This document shows, in pieces, positions 14,301 to 25,734 of a stretch of DNA of 59,400 bases. The stretch comes from Octopus bimaculoides. Taxonomy: Eukaryota. Position 1 is the first letter of the stretch; each line of letters begins with the position of its first letter. The position numbers were made by a program, and so were the translations under genes. The stretch lies in NCBI RefSeq assembly GCF_001194135.2, contig NC_068982.1, positions 106,996,883 through 107,056,282 of the forward strand. The letters run 5' to 3'. The notes beneath the pieces are model-generated. The model had not been told where the DNA came from, searched no databases, and was given only the letters and a program-made list of their open reading frames with translations.

Positions 14301-15061
14301 TCCCACTGCATGGCACCTGGGGCAAGTGTCTCCTACTATAGCCCTGGGCCGACGAAAGCCTTGAAAGTGGATTTGGTAGATGGAAACTGAAAGCCCATTG
14401 TATATATATGTGTGTGTGTGTGTGTGTTTGTCCCACCAACATCGCTTGACAACCGATGCTAGTGTGTTTACATCCCTGTAACTTAGTGGTTCAGCAAAAG
14501 GAACTGATTGAATAAGTACTAGGCATACAAAGAATAAGTTCTAGAGTCGATTTGCTCGTCTAAAGGCAGTGCTCCAGTATGGTCACAGTTAAATGACTGA
14601 AACAAGTAAAAGAGAATTTAAAGAACTAACCATCTCCTTTTATCATACACTGTCAATAATTATACTATATTTAGGACAAGTCAACTTTGGGTCTATGAAA
14701 TTCTTGTCAAGAAATAATGAGGCTAATGTTTATTAAGATAAATAAGAAATAAACATCATCTCAAGTCTATCAGTTGTGTTAATGCTTGAAAGGCCAATTG
14801 ATTTCACTGATAATATATGAATGAACAAGTCATAACTGACCAATCAGTTATTCTTGGAGCTCTAAAATGGTTCTTCTCTTTCATAAATTTCCACTTCAGA
14901 GTAGGTGACCTATAAGTAGGCGAAATTTAAATAATTATAATAATGAATGCTGTCTTACTAGGGAATTTACAATATATATATATATATATATATAACTAAA
15001 ACAATTCAGTAGTTGCAAACACAATTATATACATTTTTTTACAAGTTTTTTACTAGAAAAA

Positions 15062-15092
<31 letters not shown>

Positions 15093-15232
15093 TACAGTCC
15101 CATTTTTGAACCAGCATCTAAAATAAAACGAGCACCTTCTCGGCGATACCGTGCCTCAACTTCTGGTGAGATACCATCTTGATACGATGCAGTGTTTCTT
15201 AAGTCTTTCTTTTCAAAAAACCAACAAGGCAT
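1165..15232 (-). CDS. CCNK: Cyclin K, spliced gene with 8 coding exons (15096-15232, 12399-12480, 11044-11175, 9774-9879, 7122-7179, 5866-6041, 3686-3828, 1165-2355); 2025 nt, 674 aa
   Basis: Exons join in frame with GT-AG boundaries and give the cyclin K sequence: [22 protein letters not shown] / [11 protein letters not shown] / [25 protein letters not shown] / [18 protein letters not shown] / MAWTFIND / [16 protein letters not shown] / [11 protein letters not shown], followed by a Pro-rich tail. Confidence 0.96.
2523..2899 (+). mobile_element. tRNA-derived SINE family A (about 375 bp), full length
   Basis: A-box-like TGGCTGTGTGGTAAG, B-box-like GGGTTCATTCCC, CORE-like CTTGAGCAAGTG, internal (TA/TG)n, tail GAAACAAGTAAAAGAG. 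Confidence 0.85.
3686..3828 (-). CDS. CCNK: Cyclin K coding exon 7 ([27 protein letters not shown])
   Basis: 143 nt, TTTCACAG acceptor; donor GTAAAT is phase 0 and matches the next acceptor. The 3' boundary is less certain than the 5'. Confidence 0.85.
4300..5455 (+). mobile_element. 5'-truncated RTE-clade LINE (RT C-terminus plus 3' UTR), antisense in a CCNK intron
   Basis: Frameshifted [49 protein letters not shown]; 3' end GGACGTTAAACGATGTTGATG. Confidence 0.85.
5866..6041 (-). CDS. CCNK: Cyclin K coding exon 6 ([48 protein letters not shown])
   Basis: 176 nt, TTTCAG / GTTTGT boundaries, second cyclin fold. Confidence 0.95.
6378..6759 (-). mobile_element. SINE family A, full length, inverted relative to the 2523 copy
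   Basis: Reverse complement aligns end to end with 2523-2899, roughly 90% by eye. Confidence 0.85.
7122..7179 (-). CDS. CCNK: Cyclin K coding exon 5 ([19 protein letters not shown])
   Basis: 58 nt, TTTTTTAG / GTAAGT boundaries, phases match both neighbours. Confidence 0.94.
8290..8990 (-). mobile_element. pogo/Tigger (CENP-B-like DDE) transposase remnant in a CCNK intron
   Basis: [58 protein letters not shown], followed by QPLDQGII. Confidence 0.85.
9774..9879 (-). CDS. CCNK: Cyclin K coding exon 4 ([35 protein letters not shown])
   Basis: 106 nt, TTTTTTAG / GTAAGT boundaries. Confidence 0.96.
10100..10600 (-). mobile_element. Tc1-like transposase remnant
   Basis: [20 protein letters not shown] motif. 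Confidence 0.8.
11044..11175 (-). CDS. CCNK: Cyclin K coding exon 3 ([44 protein letters not shown])
   Basis: 132 nt, AG / GTAAGT boundaries, contains the cyclin-box LAGKVEE motif. Confidence 0.96.
12399..12480 (-). CDS. CCNK: Cyclin K coding exon 2 ([27 protein letters not shown])
   Basis: 82 nt, preceded by TTTTCTTAACATTGTCACAG, followed by GTAAGT; missed by the ORF track. Confidence 0.95.
14241..14615 (+). mobile_element. SINE family A, full length, inside the U12 intron. Partial or decayed copies at 3343-3592 (-), 7338-7500 (+), 13790-13975 (-), 36215-36400 (-)
   Basis: Same head, body and tail as the 2523 copy. Confidence 0.85.
15053..15090 (-). repeat. (TC)n microsatellite directly after the U12 donor, ending in TTTTTTCTAG
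   Basis: Read directly from sequence. Confidence 0.95.
15096..15232 (-). CDS. CCNK: Cyclin K coding exon 1 ([45 protein letters not shown])
   Basis: Acceptor TTTTCTACTGCAG, then AAAA ATG; ends phase 2 at the U12 donor GTATCCTTTT. Confidence 0.95.
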
Positions 15233-15413
15233 TTTTCTGCAGTAGAAAAAAAACAAAAACAATATATGTATTAGTTTAATGACAGTTATTCTTGAATTAG
15301 GCATTATATTATATTTACGATACATAAGTAGTAGTAATTTCTTACATTGGTACACATTACTAGAGGAGTGGTATAGTCAATTGAATAGACCCATGTACAC
15401 GACTTGTACTTAC

Positions 15414-15520
15414 TTTATCGACCATGAAGAGGGAAACGCGAAATCAATCCCAGACGGATTTGATTCAGAACAGAAAAACGAAACTAAATACTGTTAAGCA
15501 ATTAATCTATCATTCTATTT
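15414..15520 (-). other. Probable 5' UTR exon of CCNK (5' limit unknown)
   Basis: Consensus donor AAA/GTAAGT at 15413, 177 nt upstream of the acceptor preceding the ATG. An alternative donor AGG/GTAAGA lies at 16060. Confidence 0.55.
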
Positions 15521-18500
15521 TCTCTGCTAATTCTTTCTCTATTTAGAACGAAACCGATTTTTGATGAGGATTGTTATAGTGGATTGAATCGACCGTTTGC
15601 CCCCGGTATAATAAAATTAATGAAAAAGTCTATAACCCGGCATTATAAAAACTGTAGCTAAGAATGTTTAGTAATAATTTCTTACAAATGTTTCAGTCTA
15701 TAAAACTTCAAGGGAAGGATATTTGATTGTAAACTATTTATATCTTTCACAACTAATACGATTCGAGACAGGATAGCGGATTCTATTCGTTACATAGCGT
15801 TCGCCAGATGAACAACAATTACATCAAAAACGATAGTAATATAATAATGAGAATTAATAAACTAATAGTACCTCAATGAACTTTATAACTTTAATATAAA
15901 TTTTTCTTCAAAAGGACTCAACATTAAAAAGCTATATTAAAATTACGAAGTTTATACAGGAATAACAACCGACACGAAAAAGGAATGGCTTTACGGTAAA
16001 GATTATAGTTTCACGGCATACATGTATCACAGTTCTACCACGAATGAAATATAGTCTTACCCTGAGGAGAGTTATGGTAATCCGTCGGTTACTTTGGTTT
16101 GTATTAAAACTGGAATGTATCATGAGTATCAGAATAGGCTTAGTTGCAGAATTGCTTGAAAAGTAAGGATTACAGAAACAAGAAAAGTTACGAAACGTGA
16201 ACACTTAAATGATTACACAATTAACGAAACAGAGCTAGGGAGTGGATAAAGCTAGAGAACTAATCATAATATTAGTCACGCATTTCTATGATTTACTATT
16301 TATTATCTATAACGAAAACAATAGTTTTGATCAAAATATAATAATATTTAATTTTAAATAGCATTTATCAATTTTAAAGTCATCTAAATTATAGCATTAT
16401 AGAGACGATAGCTCAATAGTTTCTGAAAATCACAATGCAGACTTAACACGAAATTTTATATAAAGCTAGAAACCTCAGTTTCGAACAATTTATGGTTGTT
16501 TGAATTTTGCTAAATGTCTACCTTGAAAGTTATCTTTTACTATTTTTCCTTTGTTCAGATGTAAGATTCGCTGAAATCTTTTGCTTTAGGAACTTGGTGA
16601 AAGTTTGGATTGATTTATTCTCGGAATTTATAGAAAATAAGTAACTTCGATGCCTCGTGCCACGATTATTTTATATTTTGAAAGATATTTTCCGTAATTT
16701 AAAGTGTAACAACAGTTGTAAGGTTTGATTATTCTCTATTTCACATGTAAAATTGTAAAATACTTTCCCAACTTTTCTGTAAACTTTAATAAGCCTATAT
16801 TACGATATATAATGAAACCAGCTGAACATTTACTTTGTAGTAACACATTCAAGAAAGTTTTGCAACGCAGATTGCTGAAGTTATGGCGTCCAATGAAATA
16901 TATAACTGATTCACTGGTTTCATTTTCAGTTGCTCTTTCGAATGATGGTGGTTGTTCTTTATTCATTACGATTCTTATAAGTAATTTTCTTATCTATATA
17001 TAAACTTTATAATGTCCTTGAATTTACTTTATGATTTTTATTAGAAGTTAGTTTTAGATTATTTTCCAAAAATATACAATTAGCTTTCCTGTGATCCGAG
17101 TTCAACCGTATAATATTTATTACTTTTGTTTGGATAAAACGATCGGATAAAATTACATGCATTTCATAATTTCTCCCGTTTTATCTTCCGCAATGTAAAT
17201 GAGACTAGTCTCTTAATTATCGCCCAGTTACTTTATAATCTTCAATCAAAGCAATTAGTTTAACGACTTCCCTCTAGTTGGTAGTGGAAAGATATCAACA
17301 ATTATCCACCCCCTCTTCTGTTTTAAAATAATTTAAACGATTTATCTTAATATTTTAGTAAAGATGTTTCTTGAACTCAGCACTTCTTCGTCTCCACGGT
17401 CTCTGAAAGTAAGTTTCTACTTCACTAAAAATATTTTCCGGGCAATAAATAAAATTAAAAAAAAAACATGAAAGTGCTTTACAAAATGAAACAGTCAATA
17501 AACGAATGTAAAATATTGAACAGTAGTCACTGCAGGATCAATTTCCCCTCAGGTGGATGTAAAGATTAGTGAGGGATTGAAAAGGGGGCGGGCAAATTAT
17601 GTTTAATTCAATTAAGATTGTTTTAAGTTTGCTCACCAACACCAACCACCATGGTGGTGAAAAAAATTTTATTTTGCTTCCTTATTGGGGGTGGGGGGGG
17701 TTGAGGAGCAGAACTTGTGCTATCATTTCTTTAAGTATGTTTTTGTGGAACGGTTATTTAACAGTGTGAGAATGACTGGGCTATATATTAAATATCCATT
17801 GTGAAGTTCTCATTAAATTGGATCCACCAAATATTTTGTAATTACAAAACATGGTTATTAATTTCATAACAATATCGAACGTTAACAAAAAAGAAAACGA
17901 TTAGCAGGAAATACATAAGGTACATTTACTTTTCTGCAAAAACGTGACCTTCTTCATCGCATTTGACTTAGTCTGGTTGTGGTGAAGATACGAAGCTCAC
18001 TAAATATCCACATCATGCATATTTAGAAGGTTATACTAAAAGAGTTTATCACAAGGAATTTTCACTAACTTTAGTGTATCATAGAAGATTCTTATTTATT
18101 ATTGGACGTATGACGTAGCGAACATGAAATAGCATTTGGGAGCCTATTTAAAGAAAACTGCCTAACATGTGAAAAGCATCTATTCAAAATGCAATTCAAA
18201 TTGGAAATGTCGGTGTCACCATTTAAATTAATTACAAAAAAAGTAAATAAATAAAATTGGCTTTTTGCTCATGAAAACACTTTCACTTTTTGACTTAGAC
18301 AAAAAAAATGTATATTTCACTTTCACGATGCCCTTGAAAACGAAGAAGCGTCTGACAAAGTGAATATTTTCACTTATTTGGGGCCCTAAAGACAAAGAAG
18401 TACTAATACCTAACTACAACGTTACTACACGTTGAAGAAAATCTACTTATTTATGTAGTTAACTTTAATATGATATTCAGTTTTCCTTAGATTGTCACAT

Positions 18501-19164
18501 TGGCAGAAATGGTGGCGCCCTTCCTTCCTTACGCACCCATTTGGTTATTAAACAGTGTAAGTCGAAGAAAACTTTACTTTGGCATTGGAACTAATGAGAA
18601 TTTATATATTACATTGTCTATGGCTCAATAGTTGTAGTTATTACAGTTGGATAGAAATATACCCTCCTCCCTAAAAAAAACAAAAAAAAAAAAAAAAAAA
18701 AAAAAAAACAGCAAACGACAAAAAATGATAATCTTTCTTTGAAAGCTAAAGTTTTAAAAACGATTTCTTATAACTTTCTGTAAGTACAAAAACAAATGCT
18801 GATTTTAAAAAGTTAAGCTTTTACATTTTTTTTTTAGAAATGGCTAATTAACTCCCCTTGTGATAGGGGATAGGCATTTTCTAGGAATTTCCAAACATTC
18901 GCCGAAAATGTGAACAGTATGAATCTAATCACTTTACATTTTTCTGCTTCAGTTATCTTTAAAATATTTTGTCTTATAATAATCAACAGTAATTCATTGT
19001 TTCAGTTTTCACTAATTTCCTTTTCACTTAACGACATTGTGAGTCTACAGACGTCACTCGTTGATGTTACTTCACTTTGTACCATCAAACTTGAGTGGAT
19101 TGATAGCTATTGTAGACTAAATCTAATGTATAGATTTTATTATTATTATATTTCGTCTGTCTCT

Positions 19165-19555
19165 CTGTTCTGATTTCAAATTTAGCCGAGGTCGACTTTG
19201 CCTTTCATCCTTTCGGGATTGATAATATAAGTACCAGTGAAACATTGGGGTCGATGTAAATCGACTAGTCCCCTCACCACAACACCACCAAAAATAATTC
19301 TGGCCTTGTGCCTTTAGTAGAAAAGATAATTATTGGTAAGACAGCAAGTTGGCAGAATCGTTAGCACGCCAAGCATAATGCTTAGCGGCATTTCGTCCCT
19401 CTTTACGTTCTGAGTTCAAGTTCCGCTGAGATTGACTTGGCCTTTCATCCTTTCGGGGTCGATGAAATAAGTAGCAGCCAAGCACTGGATTCCATGTACT
19501 CAACTTACCCCTCTCCAAAATTTCAGGCCTTGTACTTATAGTAGAAAGGATTATA
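19165..19555 (+). mobile_element. Two head-to-tail SINE family B copies; more at about 540-910 (-), 26190-26580 (+), 28415-28630 (+)
   Basis: Repeated GAGGTCGACTTTGCCTTTCATCC core and GTAGAAAGGATTAT tail. Confidence 0.8.
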
Positions 19556-19849
19556 TGATTATCTATTTTTATTTTATTCTATTGCTCACTTTTGAGAGAA
19601 TCTCATAGCTTGCACAGTTAACATGTTAAATTTGGACAGAAGAGCTGTTTGGGTCTTTTTAGTTTTCTTCCAAACACAAATTTTGATATGAAAATTTTCA
19701 AAAAATCTATTGTTATGTAGCTTTACATGCTGATGAATATCGCAGTCATTATTTTGGAAAATGAATATTAAAGAAGTTAGAAGCATTTAAATTTACGTAT
19801 TCTTAGCTAATGAATTCCAAGCTAGTTGTCCTAACAGCAGAAGTCATAA

Positions 19850-20205
19850 CTGTTTGTTGTGAAAGAATTGACAAGCACTAGGTTTTGCGAGAGGGAATTA
19901 GGGATTGGTATGACAACCCCAGTAGACAATAAGAAATTATTTACGGGAAATCTTTGCGGAAGTGCATACTCGCATATTCCCGAGATACCATGGTACCAAT
20001 TTCGCCGTAGAGGGATGAAACGCAACGTTGAATTTGTAAATTCTCAGGGCGAGACCCATACTCAACAGGTAGAAAGTATTTAGGCCTGTCTTAAGCGAAG
20101 GAGTAAGTGGCACTGTGACACCCATCGTTCTGTTGTGGACTCGTATCTCTGCGAATTTATGTGGTATCGCAAGTACGAAAAATGCGATCTATTTGAAAAA
20201 AATAT
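19850..20205 (+). mobile_element. Merlin (IS1595/ISXO2-like) transposase remnant, internally deleted
   Basis: VEFVNSQGETHTQQVESI*ACLKRRSKWHCDTHRSVVDSYLCEFMW, with TAG where Trp is expected. Confidence 0.8.
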
Positions 20206-20614
20206 TTTTCTTTTATTGACAGTCCATGAGTTTTCGTTTCATTTTGACTTATTTCTAACCTGTTTGAAGCAAGACCCGTAACTATGGCAGTAATATCTTT
20301 ATTCTAATTTTTATATATAGATCTTCAACTGATTGGAAGAAAACTAAAATCATCTTCATTGTCTTCATTACATTCCATGTAAAAGAAAAAAAGAAATTAT
20401 TCATTATTTCAAAATTGTTTTCTTTAATTAAATTCTTTTAGAAAAAATGTCAAAATTTTTATTCATTCTTTTAATTTTTTTTTTTTTTAATCTAAGGGTC
20501 TGTAACGTTTTCAGTTTTAAAAATTCGTCTTTCATTCAATTCTCACTGTTCCCTTTTTGTTTTCATTTTCGAAAATTTGTATACAATCCTGTGGATAAAC
20601 AACGATACACTGGA

Positions 20615-20628
20615 GTTGCCATGGCAAC
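20615..20628. promoter_or_regulatory. Perfect palindromic RFX X-box GTTGCCATGGCAAC
   Basis: Exact X-box consensus; ETS-like ACTTCCG at 20639 and reverse CCAAT (ATTGG) at 20671 nearby, in sequence I do not recognise as repeat. Confidence 0.65.
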
Positions 20629-21486
20629 AACAGTTTCGACTTCCGCTTGTAGGGACACTGGACTTATTCCATTGGCTAAAATTACGTTACTTTAAAATGT
20701 TTCTAACTTCTTTGCTAGTGACTTTTCTAAGAAAAAAAAAAAAAAAAAATGCAATTTTCGTCACCAGCATGCAAAACTACATCAGTGTGGAAAATTTGAA
20801 AACAATCCATTGAAAAATCTTAGTGGTTGGAAGAAAAGGAAAAAGATCTCTCAGACATCTGTGGAGCTCTCCACATGCCTGTTAATACGTACAGGTATGG
20901 GCTTGTTGGTAGTTTAAGTACTATATTATGTTATAAATTAATAAATTCCAGTTCTTGACATCTGGAGTAAATGAAAAGAAATTATCCCAGTATATTTTCT
21001 TCAAGAAAGCTTGAGAAGTTGAGCAGGATTACCATTATATCACAATTATAAAAGAATCATCTCTTTGTCTCTTCTGCCATTACAAAATTGGACTTGCAGA
21101 TTGGGTGCCATCTTTATGTAATTTCACTTTTCTCACTCATCTCTTCTCTTTCGATTACCCCTCCTGCAACTTGTTCTCTATGCTAAATTATTTTAACCAA
21201 TCATTCCCCAACATTTCTCAGGTATTTTTTTCTTCATTTCCCTCTTAGTGACCTTCAACATTTCAAACTAATAGCTAATGTTCACAGTGCATCCTTATCA
21301 CTAGTTAATGTTTAAATTCCATTTTTGTTATAAATTAAAGTGTTCCTAATGTTTTACTATTTCATTATGTTCACTTGGTTTTAATAAAATTATTGCTTCA
21401 TTTATAAAAATAAAATTGTTGTTATAACATCGTTACTCATATGTGTGTTTGTCCTGTTACAATATTTTCATTTGAGCATTATATTA

Positions 21487-22260
21487 CATCATCATCATCG
21501 TTTGACGTCCGTTTTCCATGCTGGCATGGGTTTGACTGAGGTCTGGAGAGCCAGCGGCTGCACCAGGTTCCAATCTGATCTGGCAATGTTTCTACAGCTG
21601 GATGCCCTTCTTAACGCCTACCACTCTGAGAGTGTAGTGGGTGCTTTTTATGTGCCACCGGCACAGGATCCAGTCAGGAGGTACTGGCATCAGCCATGTT
21701 CAGATAGTGCTTTTTATGTGCCACTGGCATGGGAGCCAGTCGGGTGGACCTGGCATCAACCATGCTCGGATGGTGCTTTTTACATGCCACAGGCATGGGA
21801 GCCACTCATGGGGCACTGGCCACAGCTATGATATTGGTTTTAGTTTGTATATGATATCAGCAGTACTCTTAAATGGAGCGGACATGCATGGTTGCAATCT
21901 CACTTTAGCTGCCAGGTCTTCTCAGTCACAGCATATCTCCAAAGGTCTCGGTCTCCTGTCATTACCTCTGTGAAGCCCAATGTTCAAAGGTCATGCTTCA
22001 CTACCTCATCCCATGTCTTCCTGGATCTACCTCTTCCACAGATTCCTTCCACAGTTAGGGATCGGCACTTCCTCACACAGCTATCCTCATTCATATGTAG
22101 CACATGACCATACCAGCACATTTGTCTCTCTTGCACACCACATTTGATGCTTCTTATGTCCAACTTTTCATTCAGGGCGCTTCCAGCGGATCATATAAGT
22201 TTCATTTCTTTCAAGCCTACACATGTCCTCAGCAGTCATGGCCCATGTTTCACTGCTGTG
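21487..22260 (-). mobile_element. Second 5'-truncated copy of the same RTE LINE
   Basis: Reverse complement of the 4.7-5.45 kb sequence, with the same 3' UTR repeats and a (GAT)n tail. Confidence 0.8.
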
Positions 22261-24264
22261 AATTATTTTAGAGAAAAGTATGAAATATGTATATACATGT
22301 AGCCAAGAAACAAGGTTAGTCATTTTAGGAGCAGAACAAACAAAGAATTATTTTAGAGAATAGATGAGTTTGAATGAATGAGGCGATTAAAAAACAAGAG
22401 AAATTCTTAGCTGTGCTTATTTTCGCGTGTCATCAAATGGCCAATCAGTGTAGGAAGAGCAAGATGTGAACTTTTGTAGAGCTTTCAAAACTTAAGAAGA
22501 AAAGGGAGTAAGAAACCACTGTCCATGGATTATCCACTGACCAAAGACGTTATCTGGATGCTTGAAACAGGACTCTGTTAAAGACAGCTAAGGGCTAGGT
22601 GGTGATGTTAAGCTAGGCAATGGAACTACACCTGAACATGAACATTAGAAGGTAAAGAGTTCATAATAAATAAAGGTTATAAGTGCTATACATTTGTTGA
22701 CAATTCCTTATGTTGTAATAACAGAAATTCATTTGTTTTGTATTTCATTTGATGAGTCTATAGGAAGGGGCAATGTCCATAGCCTTTGCAGGCCTTCCAA
22801 GAGCAGCAAGACTGATTTCTTAAATGTTACTTTTAAACCATTACAAGCAAGTAAACACCTGAGTGAGTTCTAGAGAGCTGACATTCTGAAAAGGAAGGAC
22901 TGGGCATAGTGTGGTTAGTGCAGGGCCTGAGAAACTGGATATAATGAGTGATGGAAGTGCATATGCAAGCCAACTCCAAAGAGCAGAGGCCATTGTAGAA
23001 AAGGCACAGAGGGAGAGAGAGAAAGAGGGGAGACAGTGCACCTGCAGTCCAGAGGCTGGAGTATGTCTGTGAATGACTTTATATCAATCAGTCGGATGCC
23101 TTTCCCTGGATGTGGTCTAGAATGTAAGTGTATGCAGCAACAGCATTGTCACAGATGTGCAAGCTTAATCTGAGCTTTGTGGAGTGTTGGTAACTAAAGT
23201 ATCTTCTAGCTCTTAAGAGGAAAAGATCCTTGGTGAGAGCAAGGCCCAACCTTTGGAGTGATTATGAGAGCTCTAGTTGCATGTTGCTTATATTTTAGGT
23301 GTGTATATGGTGCGAAGATGTTTCCTCAATAGGATTAGCATTTGTATTTTTTTTGCTGTTCAGAGATTGGCATATCCTATAGACAGTTACTGTAGGAAAT
23401 GGAGTGACTTGAAATTTACGTGCAATGTACCATAGAGAGGAGAGGAACAAATATAGTGATAAAAGTTAGTGCAGTAGTGCTGTGATTTTTGTTTTGATTA
23501 CATGACTTTGATTGTCTCGATTGCTGTTATTTGGCTGCAGTGCATCTGTGCAGAGTTTTGTTCTGTTTATGGCACAACGTGTTCAGTGTTAGTTTTTAGT
23601 TAGTCGAGACTATAGCAACTCGCTGCATAAAATTGTTATTGCGTTGAAGTTTAGTTGTGCTTATAATTTAATAATCTTTGTATTGTAGATTACTGTATTT
23701 TTAGTTGATTAAAACCTTTTAAACTTAGATATTCCAGTTTGGGTTTATAACAAGTAGCTTTTGCATTTTTACTGTTGAAAATCTAAATGTACCATTTTCA
23801 CCACCTCTGACATCAAATTCTATAAAATCTGTAACATTTACACATGCGATACTGAGATGTCACCTCAAGAATAAGCACAACTGTACCTCTACTGGTCTGC
23901 TTCTCAGATGTGGTGAATTCTTTGTTTTGTACCAGTTTTCATTCTTCTTCCAATTCTGCCTTAATAACTGTGTCATTCTTGAGTCATTTCCCTGATCAGA
24001 AAGGGTAATTGCGACATAGACTGTCAACTACTGTCCAGCCTTTCTTACTAACTGCATCGCCAAACAGCCTTGAACTCTCAGAGTCTTATTTGACTCTCAC
24101 AATTTGGATTTATTCCTAACTCCAGCTGATGTAGCCAACTCATTGAGCTGGCTATAGCAACATCACCCAAATAACAAATGCAGCTCAAGTGGATATTATA
24201 GATGTTTTCAATCTAGTTTGGATTCTTTGCCATCAAATTTGAATTCTTTGCAATCATATATATC

Positions 24265-24440
24265 GTGCCGGTGGCACATAAAAGCACCCACTACACTCTC
24301 GGAGTGGTTGTCATTAGGAATGGCATCCAGCTGTAGAAACTCTGCCAAATCAGATTGGAGCCTGGTATAGCCATCTGGTTCACCAGTCCTTAGTCAAATC
24401 GTCCAACCCATACTAGTATGGAAGGCGGACGTTAAACAAT
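24265..24440 (+). mobile_element. Short RTE 3'-end-derived fragment; similar pieces near 9030-9190 (+) and 52070-52260 (-)
   Basis: Shares GTGCCGGTGGCACATAAAAGCACCCACTACACTC..GGACGTTAAAC and the GATGAT tail. Confidence 0.75.
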
Positions 24441-24475
24441 GACGATGATGATGATGATGAGATTATATATATATG

Positions 24476-24511
<36 letters not shown>

Positions 24512-25692
24512 TAGATAGATATTGATATGGCAGGCAACAATCCTGATATATCACCTTAGGCCTGGCTGCTCCATACACAAGGGCTTGGTACATAACCCTT
24601 GCCACTTGTAAAGACTACAGCCTCACCTATGCTGACAATCCAACCTAACATCACCAAATCTGGTTACTCTCACTGAAAGGCTGTTGCTGCTAAATTGTTA
24701 GTTCCCTGCTTCCTGTTACTAAACTTTACTTGTTTTCAAAGAAGAGGTCCCTTGTTCCACACAGTTCAAAGGTACAAGTCAAGTAGATGATTTGTTAACA
24801 AGAAAAGTAACAACAGCACTACTTGTAAATGATGACTTTTGTAAAAAGGTGCACAAATGTAAACAAACACATAAGTCTCAGTCAGCCCAGTGCTATAGTA
24901 ATCTGTTAAGGCTCTCCAATAAGGTAGGACTAATACTACTAATCAGACTAGATTGAAATTATTACTCACTAATTAATGAATAACAGAATAAAAGTGTGAA
25001 AAGGGTCATTGAATTGGCAGCACACTCTTGTAAGTGCTACATAGTGGAGGATTTTGGGGGTAAAAGTAGTAGCTAAGTCTTGTATATGCTCTACCTCATA
25101 TTTGATGTGAGATTAAATTGTGGAGAAATACTGTAGTGTACCTCTTCAACCAATGAACAGATACTAAAGTGATGATGATAAAGATAGAAAACGTCTTTTC
25201 ATTGCTTTTATTATTTTTATGCCGGCACACTTGTATTGCAGATTTGCACTGTTGCTGCTTATATTGTTGGAACAAATGATTTACCAGTAGAATGTTCCTT
25301 CTTACTATGAAATAGGAGTGGAGGAGTGGAGGCTTCCATCTTCTAATTAAATTGATGCAGAGTTGTGTATCTTATTTAAGAGCACAAGAAACTTCTTTCA
25401 TTGTTTGATCTGCTAGAAATAGCTGCCAAATCTCCTTCAAATTATATGTCTGGAAAACGACAAGGGATAGGTGACATCGGTATCTTGGATAATGTAGTTA
25501 TGAAAGCTTTAAACATCCCATCTGGTAGTTGGTATAACCAGAATGTGTGGGGTTCCTTGGTTGTCCCTGTGAGGAACTCCCCACTTTTGGAGAATTTTAT
25601 TGTTAATTGTCATTGTTATTTTATTGCTTACTTGATTTTTGTGTCCTCAGTTTTGTATTCAGACCTTGTGGCCAATAAAGAAATTATTATTA

Positions 25693-25723
<31 letters not shown>

Positions 25724-25734
25724 TATTATTATTG

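Larger units (their letters stand above)
12481..15095 (-). other. U12-type (minor spliceosome) GT-AG intron of CCNK
   Basis: 5' site GTATCCTTT matches the U12 consensus RTATCCTT; branch-point-like TTTTCTTAAC ends 10 nt before the 3' splice site; no long polypyrimidine tract. Confidence 0.92.

Noticed and set aside
15233-15355. N-terminal extension of the 100-aa ORF 15053-15355
   Set aside because: Intronic sequence upstream of the acceptor at 15237; the C-terminal YPFLSLSLS is read-through into the U12 intron.
16725-17003. Overlapping antiparallel ORFs of 92 and 76 aa
   Set aside because: No recognisable motif or splice support; lengths are within chance for this composition.
17940-18400. 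Possible hAT-like transposase remnant
   Set aside because: Only vague similarity; no diagnostic motif could be read in any frame.
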